A stretch of DNA of 32,000 bases from Idiomarina loihiensis L2TR (GTDB taxonomy: Bacteria > Pseudomonadota > Gammaproteobacteria > Enterobacterales > Alteromonadaceae): positions 690,001 through 722,000 of the forward strand of contig NC_006512.1 of assembly GCF_000008465.1 (NCBI RefSeq), written 5' to 3'. This document shows positions 23,338-32,000 of this stretch, in pieces (positions within the stretch are counted from its first letter, which is position 1; each line of letters begins with the position of its first letter). The translations under genes and the position numbers were made by a program. The notes under the pieces are model-generated. The model had not been told where the DNA came from, made no database searches, and saw only the letters and a list, made by a program, of their open reading frames with translations.

Positions 23338-24132
23338 TTACGCAAATACCGTAAAAGTCTGTCGACTTATAGCTAATAACTCGCCCTTCTCACTCCACAG
23401 ACCCGCGCGGCTGTGCCCATAACCATTTTCAGCATGCTCAATAAAAGCTTCGTACTGAAACCAGTCGTGGCTACTGAAACTTTGTAGAGGAATATCGGGA
23501 AACTCAATAGTCCAGGTTAAAGACGAGGCCGGCGCAGGGCTGTCCAGATGAGGCAAGACTGCCGGTGGCCAGGCGTCAACTAAAGCCAGTATAGTTGCCG
23601 TTGTCAGCGGCTGTTGTTCTTCACGAAAACGTATCCAGCCACCAAAAGTTCTTCCCGGTTGTCCGCTAAATGGCATACCACCTGACGTAATACGGTAATC
23701 GAAGTTTTTCGCAAACTCTGGGACAATATCCGCTTCAGGTAAACCTGGTCCGTCGTTGATGGTTTTAAGATCGGGTGGCGTTTCACTTACCACTGTAACC
23801 GTTGAACTTCGGCCTTTGCCCAGGCTCGCCAGACAAGACAACATAATCTGCCCTTGCTGCTGCAGTTCGACAGCAACCTGAATAACCGATTTTCCCTCGC
23901 GCAAAATTCGGTAATTTAACTCAGCCTCACCCGGTTCAGCAGGCGCGACAAAAGAGATACTCATGGAACGAAGATGATATTCAATCGGAAATTGTTTCAA
24001 CAAAAACTGAGCAGCCAATGCTCCGCTGAATCCGCCGAAAAACGCGCGTCCCTGAGCCCAGCCGGAAGGTAGTTCAATGACTTGATTGTTCTTATCCGCA
24101 ACGATTTGTTCTACAGCTGTGTGGAAGTTCAT
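23338..24132 (-). CDS. Acyl-CoA thioesterase-like (double hotdog, TesB-like) protein
   Basis: 264 aa. The N-terminal GWAQGRAFFGGFSGALAAQ and overall size/pattern are typical of the thioesterase-like superfamily. Confidence 0.6.
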   Translation of the reverse strand: MNFHTAVEQIVADKNNQVIELPSGWAQGRAFFGGFSGALAAQFLLKQFPIEYHLRSMSISFVAPAEPGEAELNYRILREGKSVIQVAVELQQQGQIMLSCLASLGKGRSSTVTVVSETPPDLKTINDGPGLPEADIVPEFAKNFDYRITSGGMPFSGQPGRTFGGWIRFREEQQPLTTATILALVDAWPPAVLPHLDSPAPASSLTWTIEFPDIPLQSFSSHDWFQYEAFIEHAENGYGHSRAGLWSEKGELLAISRQTFTVFA

Positions 24133-24161
24133 ACTATTCCCTATTTAAACGACTGTTTGAT

Positions 24162-25070
24162 TTAAGCTTTAAGAATACCAATTATCACCATTAATACAAA
24201 AGAAGCGCTTAATAAAAGAAAATAACCAAAAACACAGGCTAAAAATTTGAATACAGTTAATGTCCAGCTTTGCTGATAGAAGCTCTTTTGCGTCAATAGC
24301 AGATAAGTGAACATCCATCCAATAAGAATATAACCTAACCAGTCTGATGGTAAGGTTAACCAGGTCCAGCCAAAGTTATCAATCAGCGGGTTAGTTATAT
24401 AGCCTAATGTCGACAACAACATCAGGGAAAGCAGTAAAAAAGCATGTGTATGCAAAGCTACAGTTAAGTGCTCTAAGTAGTAACGGTTACTGAATAAATA
24501 AAGGACTTTTAAATACAGTGCCCAAAAAGGCAGCATCAAAAGCATCATCTGTGGTGTCATTGAAATCAGTTTTTGCGTAAACAGCTGGGGGTTTTGCTTT
24601 AAATGCTGAAGTTTCTGTTCAAGCATCCGCGTTTGCTCTTCATTCAACCAGGGGATATCACCAAACTCCAACTCAAATCCGCGCCGTACGGTACTTTCGT
24701 TAGAGTCACTTTCAGATATTTCTGTTTCAGACTGTCGGGCCTCGCTCTTTGACTGTGAATCATTAAAGGTTATCTGTGATGTCAGCACCATAAAAGATAT
24801 CAACGAGATAAAGAAATAGAGCCTGAGCGGAGGTACATAAGAGGCATGACGTCCTTTCATAAACTCAGATGATAGAAAACCAGGTTTTAGAAAGAGTCCT
24901 CTGAGAGTACGGTAGAATCTGGAGTCCCAGTGCCCTAACTCACCAAAAAGATCGCCGACAACGGCAAAAACGCTGCGTATGCTTTGTTTATCCTGTTGGC
25001 CGCATTGATGGCAGTATTCACCGGTAAGAGGTGTATTACAGTTCTTACAATTACTGACGGTCGATTCCAT
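24162..25070 (-). CDS. DUF3667-like membrane protein with an N-terminal zinc ribbon
   Basis: CKNCNTPLTGEYCHQCGQ, followed by several hydrophobic helices. Confidence 0.65.
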   Translation of the reverse strand: MESTVSNCKNCNTPLTGEYCHQCGQQDKQSIRSVFAVVGDLFGELGHWDSRFYRTLRGLFLKPGFLSSEFMKGRHASYVPPLRLYFFISLISFMVLTSQITFNDSQSKSEARQSETEISESDSNESTVRRGFELEFGDIPWLNEEQTRMLEQKLQHLKQNPQLFTQKLISMTPQMMLLMLPFWALYLKVLYLFSNRYYLEHLTVALHTHAFLLLSLMLLSTLGYITNPLIDNFGWTWLTLPSDWLGYILIGWMFTYLLLTQKSFYQQSWTLTVFKFLACVFGYFLLLSASFVLMVIIGILKA

Positions 25071-25147
25071 GGCAAAATTCCATTTTTGCTTAATATAACA
25101 GGAGGTTTAAAGTTGCGCTATCGGCTGGAACAAAAAGCTGCGGGAAC

Positions 25148-25182
25148 AAAAAAAGCCCCACTCAAATGAGCGGGGCTTTTTT
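25148..25182 (-). terminator. Rho-independent terminator downstream of tRNA-Ser
   Basis: AGCCCCaCTC/GAGcGGGGCT stem flanked by A- and T-runs. Confidence 0.75.
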
Positions 25183-25189
25183 CTGAATT

Positions 25190-25281
25190 TGGCGGAGAGG
25201 GAGGGATTCGAACCCCCGGTGGGTATGAACCCACGCCTGATTTCAAGTCAGGTGCATTAAACCGAGCTCTGCCACCTCTCC
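25190..25281 (-). tRNA. serT: tRNA-Ser (anticodon UGA)
   Basis: Acceptor GGAGAGG/CCTCTCC + G + CCA, anticodon loop CTTGAAA, long variable arm, TPsiC GGTTCGAATCC. Confidence 0.92.
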
Positions 25282-25526
25282 GTATTTTTGTTCTCTGCAA
25301 CTGCGTTGTTGAGAACGAGGCGAATATTAAAGACCTAAGTTACGCTTGTAAAGTAAAAATTTGAACAAAGTGTTCGTTTGGGCGTTTATTAAACAAACCG
25401 ACCAAAATTCGCCAGAAATTACTACCTTCTGCTCTACCCAACGCCCCCATTAATGCTGTAGTATCGAGGAAACTTTTTAAATAAAAAACAGTCTTAACAG
25501 ACAGTAAGTTCAACACGGAGAAATCT

Positions 25527-26195
25527 ATGAACAATCGCAGTCAGACTTATGTCGGTCAGAACGAATCGACGCTGGCCGTTAATAAGGTATTACGCAACAC
25601 CTACACTTTATTGGCAATGACATTAGCCTTTAGTGCTATTGTTGCTACTATCAGCACGATGATGAACTTGCCCTATCCGGGTTTCATTATCACTTTAGTT
25701 GCTTACTTTGGCTTACTTTTTGGTATTCACAAAACCAAAGATAGCGGCATGGGCATTGTACTAACCTTCGCTCTAACAGGCTTTTTAGGTTACACCCTTG
25801 GCCCTATCCTTAACATGGCATTATCAATGCCTGGTGGTGGCGAGATGGTTGCTACTGCGTTAGGCGGTACAGCTCTGACCTTCTTTGCAACTTCGGCTTA
25901 TGTGTTAACCACGAAGAAAGACATGTCTAAACTGGGTGGTCTGGTTACTGCCGGTATTATCATGGTTTTTGTGGCGATGCTGGCTAACCTGTTCTTCCAA
26001 CTGCCAGCATTACAGCTTGCAATATCTGCTATCATGATTCCATTGATGGCAATGCTGATTATGTGGCAGACCAGCGACATTATTAACGGTGGCGAGCGTA
26101 ATTACATCCTTGCAACAGTCACTTTGTATGTTTCGATTTATAACTTGTTCCTTAGCTTGCTACAATTGCTAATGGCGTTTAGCGGCGATGATTAA
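25527..26195 (+). CDS. yccA: BAX-inhibitor-1/YccA family inner-membrane protein (FtsH modulator)
   Basis: Seven hydrophobic helices and the N-terminal VLRNTYTLLAMTLAFSA motif. Next to serT and the tus genes, as in E. coli. Confidence 0.88.
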   Translation: MNNRSQTYVGQNESTLAVNKVLRNTYTLLAMTLAFSAIVATISTMMNLPYPGFIITLVAYFGLLFGIHKTKDSGMGIVLTFALTGFLGYTLGPILNMALSMPGGGEMVATALGGTALTFFATSAYVLTTKKDMSKLGGLVTAGIIMVFVAMLANLFFQLPALQLAISAIMIPLMAMLIMWQTSDIINGGERNYILATVTLYVSIYNLFLSLLQLLMAFSGDD

Positions 26196-26220
26196 TCTCT
26201 CCTGCTAAAATAATAACAAA

Positions 26221-26245
26221 CGCCCCGCCATGCGGGGCGTTTTTG
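26221..26245 (+). terminator. Rho-independent terminator after yccA
   Basis: CGCCCCGC/GCGGGGCG stem followed by a T5 run. Confidence 0.8.
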
Positions 26246-26261
26246 TATAAACGGACAGTTT

Positions 26262-26606
26262 ATGGCTAAACTTACTCTCATTCTTCAACGTTCTGTTAAA
26301 GAACGAGCTCGTTCTTTAGACGCTCTGGCATTTGCAAAAGCGGCTATCAACACCGGCCACACCATAGCCTGTGTGTTTTTTTATCGGGAGTCGGTAAATC
26401 ACGCGGAATTTCCCACTCCAGCAGAAAATGAAGACTTGATTACGCAATGGGAAGAGTTTAGCCAGCACCACCAAGTCCCCCTGGTGGTCTGCCATACCGT
26501 AGCTGAACGCAAAGGAATGGAGAAATTCCATCCCGGTTTTGAAGCCTCAGGTTTAACCGCTCTGGCAACTGCCATGGCTAACAGCGACCGGACCTTACAG
26601 TTTTAA
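26262..26606 (+). CDS. tusD: Sulfurtransferase complex subunit TusD (DsrE family)
   Basis: DsrE-like fold pattern with a conserved Cys (VVCHTVAERKG). First gene of a four-gene tus cluster with 1-nt and 4-nt overlaps. Confidence 0.85.
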   Translation: MAKLTLILQRSVKERARSLDALAFAKAAINTGHTIACVFFYRESVNHAEFPTPAENEDLITQWEEFSQHHQVPLVVCHTVAERKGMEKFHPGFEASGLTALATAMANSDRTLQF

Positions 26607-26929
26607 TGACCATGAAAAAAATTGCTATTTTACAATGCAGTGCCGCTAGCGACTCGGCGACCGAAGCACTCGATATTGCTTTAGCATTGGCCAGCTTTGA
26701 TTATCCGGTGCAATTAATATTGTCCGGTGAAGCCGTTAAGTCTCTACTGAACCAACCTTCTAAGCGTTATGCCATGCTGGAATTACTGGATGCTGAGCCT
26801 GTTGTAATAAGTTCAGAAGAGTTAACCGATACAAGCGCCCTGCCCGCAAACATTGATACGGTTATCGTCTCGCCAGAACAATTAAAGCGTCACCTAAGCC
26901 AATTTGACGAGGTATTACAATTCTCATGA
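26606..26929 (+). CDS. tusC: Sulfurtransferase complex subunit TusC (DsrF family)
   Basis: Position and size; DsrF-like sequence; TAATG overlap with tusD. Confidence 0.8.
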   Translation: MTMKKIAILQCSAASDSATEALDIALALASFDYPVQLILSGEAVKSLLNQPSKRYAMLELLDAEPVVISSEELTDTSALPANIDTVIVSPEQLKRHLSQFDEVLQFS

Positions 26930-27195
26930 CCTCTACTTTACACTGGTTAAGAAATTCGTCTTTAGTGCCTTGGCTGGAACAACATGGCCACCTGCTGAGT
27001 GACACTGATGCCTTGCTTATGTCGGGCGTAGCACTCAACGAACTGCCACCTGAGTCACCTGTTGAATTACCGGTTTATGCGCGCAAACAGGAAGCTAACG
27101 CTTTGGATACTGCACTGCCTGACTACGTCATGTTAAAATCGGACGAGCAGTGGGTTGAGCTGGTGCTTAGCTTCCAACAACAAATAACCTGGTAA
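26926..27195 (+). CDS. tusB: Sulfurtransferase complex subunit TusB (DsrH family)
   Basis: 89 aa. ATGA overlap with tusC. Position in the cluster. Confidence 0.75.
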   Translation: MTSTLHWLRNSSLVPWLEQHGHLLSDTDALLMSGVALNELPPESPVELPVYARKQEANALDTALPDYVMLKSDEQWVELVLSFQQQITW

Positions 27196-27204
27196 TATCA
27201 CGGC

Positions 27205-27534
27205 ATGATTGAATTTAACGGTAAAGAATACGAAACCGACAAACACAACTACCTTGCAAACTTAGACGACTGGAGCGAGGAGCTGGCCCTTCACTTTGCA
27301 GAGTTAGAAAATATCGACATGACCCCGGCACACTGGGAAGTCGTGACTTTTGTGCAGGATTTTTACCGTGAATTTGATACCAGTCCGGCAATGCGCGTAC
27401 TGGTTAAAGCCATGAAAAAGCAGTTAGGCGAGGATAAAGGCAACAGTCGTTATTTGTATAAGCTGTTCCCTAAAGGCCCGGCAAAGCAGGCCACACGAAT
27501 TGCGGGCCTGCCTAAACCGGCTAAATGTATTTAA
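27205..27534 (+). CDS. tusE: Sulfurtransferase TusE (DsrC family)
   Basis: DsrC-type sequence ending in the conserved penultimate Cys (PKPAKCI). Confidence 0.88.
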   Translation: MIEFNGKEYETDKHNYLANLDDWSEELALHFAELENIDMTPAHWEVVTFVQDFYREFDTSPAMRVLVKAMKKQLGEDKGNSRYLYKLFPKGPAKQATRIAGLPKPAKCI

Positions 27535-27535
27535 T

Positions 27536-29217
<1,682 letters not shown>

Positions 29218-29225
<8 letters not shown>

Positions 29226-30558
29226 CAGGTTCCCTGTGCCAGTCTGACTTTGAATCCATATCTTGCAGCCAACGGAGCTTTTCCTGCAACTTTATTTCTA
29301 AACCACGCGGCTCAGGGGCGTAGAACTGGGTATCGGCGATTTCCGACGGTAAGTAACGTTCACCCGGAACGTAAGCGTTAGGATAATTATGTGCGTACTG
29401 GTAGTCAGCACCATATCCCTGAGCTTTGTGCACCTTGGTTGGTGCGTTACGCAAATGTTCAGGCACCGGCGCATCGCTGTGTTCTTTTGCGGTTCTTAGT
29501 GCGCTTTTAAAGGCATTATAAACGGCATTACTTTTCGCCGCACAGGCGCAATAAATAACCGCCTGAGCAATGGCTCGTTCACCTTCGGCGGGGCCAACTC
29601 TGTGGTACGTATCCCAGGCGTTTAATGCCAACTGTAATGCCCTGGGGTCAGCATTACCTATATCTTCAGAGGCGATAGCCAATAGCCGGCGGGCAATAAC
29701 CAAAGCGTCCCCACCACCGGTCAATAAGCGCGCGTACCAATACAAGGCTCCGTCTGGAGACGAGCCTCTGACAGACTTATGAAAAGCGGATAAAACATCG
29801 TAGTAATGGTCACCCTGATGATCAAAAGCCGTGGCTTTTTCACCAATAGCCGCAGTGATCAACTCGGGCGTAATTGGCTGGCTGCTGCTCTCAACAAAAT
29901 CAGCAACCACTTCCAGATAGTTTAATAAGCGACGTGCATCCCCACCAGCTAAGTCCAGAAGCTTTGCCCTGGCTTCACCTTCCAGTTGCAATTGACGTTG
30001 ACCAAGGCCTCGTTCCGCGTCCGTTAACGCGCTTTCCAGAGCCTGTTCAAGATCCGTTTTGGACAGTGTTTGTAACCGGTAAACCCGCGCCCGCGACAGC
30101 AGTGCGTTGTTAAGCTCAAAGCCGGGGTTTTCGGTGGTCGCGCCAATAAAGACAATAGTGCCGTCTTCAATGTGGGGCAAAAAAGCGTCTTGCTGGCTTT
30201 TGTTGAAACGGTGCACTTCGTCCACAAACAAAATGGTGCGGCGTCCCTGCTGCTGAGCCAGCAACTTCGCTTCTTCAATGGCTTTTCGAATGTCTTTAAC
30301 ACCGGAGGTTACCGCACTAATGCGGCTGACCGTAGCATTTGCCTGAGTCGCAATGAGTTCAGCTAAGGTGGTTTTACCGGTACCCGGAGGCCCCCATAAA
30401 ATCATTGAATGCAGATGCCCCTGCTCGACCGCTACCCGCAAAGGTTTACCGGGAGCAAGAAGATGTTGCTGACCTACATACTCGTCAACCGTACGCGGGC
30501 GCATTCGCGCCGCAAGAGGTTTGAAATCGGGTTGAAAATCTAAGTCCAGACCTGCCAC
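29218..30558 (-). CDS. rarA: Replication-associated recombination protein A (AAA+ ATPase)
   Basis: Walker [10 protein letters not shown], Walker [13 protein letters not shown], and the MgsA C-terminal domain. Confidence 0.95.
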
Positions 30559-30563
30559 AACAA

Positions 30564-31166
30564 TTAACTTTGATCGTCGACGTCGACATCAGCGGGCACA
30601 TCAAAAACAAATTGTTCGTCGCTGATGGTTTCATTTAACGCCACATTATTCAGCATCAGTTCAGTCCGCTCGCCCTGAGCCTGAACCATAGTTATCTCTG
30701 TGAGTTTTTCATCAGTAAATCTTAACTCCAGCTTACTGCCATTCGTTTGATGCTCAACAAAGTAGCGGTTATCGCGAAAGCTGACATTATAGTTCTGCCA
30801 CTGATTACCGTTGCTGTTCAACACCAGCAGTAAAGGGCTGTCGTCAACCATGTCCTGCTGTGCATAAATGGTTACTTGTTCAACAAAAGGATTGTAGTAC
30901 CAGACCTTTTTGCCGTTAGCGACCATCACGCTTTCGTCCGGCTCTTTCGTATGCCAATACAAATTAGCGGGTCGTTTTAGCTTTAACGTACCGCTTAATG
31001 TTTGTAGCACTTCGCCCTGTTCATCTTTTACTTGCTGTTCAAACTCTGCCGATAAGCTTTGAGTTTGTTTCAGTAAACTTTGCAGAGCCTGCTTGTCTGA
31101 CTCGTCGCCTGAGGCAAACACATTAAACGAAACGGCCATGACCATGGCAAATACAACTGCTTTCAT
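30564..31166 (-). CDS. lolA: Outer-membrane lipoprotein carrier protein LolA
   Basis: Signal peptide, then the LolA pattern (F.Q........G.L...RP..F.W). Position between ftsK and rarA. Confidence 0.9.
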   Translation of the reverse strand: MKAVVFAMVMAVSFNVFASGDESDKQALQSLLKQTQSLSAEFEQQVKDEQGEVLQTLSGTLKLKRPANLYWHTKEPDESVMVANGKKVWYYNPFVEQVTIYAQQDMVDDSPLLLVLNSNGNQWQNYNVSFRDNRYFVEHQTNGSKLELRFTDEKLTEITMVQAQGERTELMLNNVALNETISDEQFVFDVPADVDVDDQS

Positions 31167-31169
31167 GAA

Positions 31170-32000
31170 TTAATCCCTTGGAGCTCGTGGAGCCAGCACT
31201 TCGCGCTGGCCGTTATTGCCTGCACTGGTTACGACACCACTCACCTGCATTTGTTCGACGATACGGGCGGCGCGGTTATAACCGATACGGAATTTGCGCT
31301 GTACACTGGATACTGAGACCCGTTGAGTCTCAGTAACAAAAGCAACAGCCTCGTCGTATAGAGGATCAGATTCAGCATCGTCAGATTCCTGCTGTTCCCC
31401 CGGAAGCAGCGCTTCCTCGCCCTGATCGCCCGATAAAATTTCTTCCAGATAGTTAGGTCGACCACGTTTTTTCCAGTCTTTAACCACCGCATGAACTTCA
31501 TGGTCATCGACAAAAGCACCATGTACACGCACCGGAGAACCGCTACCCGGTGGTAAATAGAGCATATCGCCCTGCCCTAACAATTGGTCGGCACCCGGCT
31601 GATCCAGAATGGTTCTCGAATCTATTTTTGATGATACCTGAAACGCAATTCGGGTTGGAATATTCGCTTTAATTAAACCGGTGATAACATCCACCGATGG
31701 GCGTTGAGTTGCCAAAATTAAGTGAATACCGGCAGCACGGGCTTTCTGAGCGATACGAGCTATTAGCTCTTCGACTTTTTTACCGACAATCATCATCATG
31801 TCGGCAAATTCGTCTATCACCACGACAATGTTTGGTAATTTTTCCAGCAACGGCGGTAACTCATCCATAGAGTCGCCGGGCTTCCAGATAGGGTCTCGCA
31901 GTGGTTCACCAGCGTCTTTAGCCGCCTTCACTTTCGCGTTGTAGCCTTTTAAATTACGTACCCCTAAAGATGACATGAGTTTGTAACGACGTTCCATTTC
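31170..32000 (-). CDS. ftsK: DNA translocase FtsK, C-terminal part (motor end + gamma/winged-helix domain); continues beyond the window
   Basis: Frame open to the window edge. Walker [24 protein letters not shown], and gamma-domain [11 protein letters not shown]...[23 protein letters not shown]. Confidence 0.95.
   Translation of the reverse strand, partial: EMERRYKLMSSLGVRNLKGYNAKVKAAKDAGEPLRDPIWKPGDSMDELPPLLEKLPNIVVVIDEFADMMMIVGKKVEELIARIAQKARAAGIHLILATQRPSVDVITGLIKANIPTRIAFQVSSKIDSRTILDQPGADQLLGQGDMLYLPPGSGSPVRVHGAFVDDHEVHAVVKDWKKRGRPNYLEEILSGDQGEEALLPGEQQESDDAESDPLYDEAVAFVTETQRVSVSSVQRKFRIGYNRAARIVEQMQVSGVVTSAGNNGQREVLAPRAPRD

Noticed and set aside
25118-25534. ORFs at 25118-25300 and 25340-25534 (minus strand)
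   Set aside because: The first overlaps tRNA-Ser and its terminator. The second lies in the AT-rich promoter region between tRNA-Ser and yccA and has no SD. Both are probably spurious.
29226-29300. Fluoride riboswitch expected upstream of crcB
   Set aside because: The crcB start overlaps the rarA stop by 8 nt, so there is no leader region. crcB is co-transcribed with rarA here.

Overview
This window is a gammaproteobacterial chromosome segment, probably Alteromonadales-like by gene content (inference). It has two parts. Positions ~19.1-32 kb are conserved core with E. coli-like synteny, mostly on the minus strand: ftsK(partial)-lolA-rarA-crcB-serS; tusD-tusC-tusB-tusE and yccA on the plus strand; tRNA-Ser(UGA); a DUF3667 membrane protein; a TesB-like thioesterase; an HhH-GPD glycosylase; and uvrY-like/uvrC/pgsA followed by a tRNA-Gly(GCC)-tRNA-Cys(GCA)-tRNA-Leu(UAA) cluster. 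Positions 1-19.1 kb are a genomic island abutting the 3' end of tRNA-Leu, and its left end lies outside the window. From the tRNA inwards the island carries: a P4/CP4-57-type integrase; a GNAT-toxin pair with an unannotated 59-aa upstream ORF; a stand-alone RelA/SpoT synthetase preceded by a DUF3800-like protein; a small FimB/E-sized tyrosine recombinase; a complete Type I R-M locus (hsdM-hsdS-hsdR) with a translationally coupled membrane/coiled-coil gene; an HTH protein; two tandem AlpA regulators; a cluster of one intact and one degenerate RadC plus a degenerate Doc/Fic-like protein, with a duplicated intergenic element; and a high-GC ISL3-family element carrying lspA as an apparent passenger. 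The best candidate for an undescribed system is the DUF3800-like + RelA/SpoT (toxSAS-like) two-gene operon at 14.3-16.7 kb. The hsdR-coupled membrane protein at 12.6-13.5 kb is the second candidate. All functional calls come from motif recognition by eye, and no searches were run.
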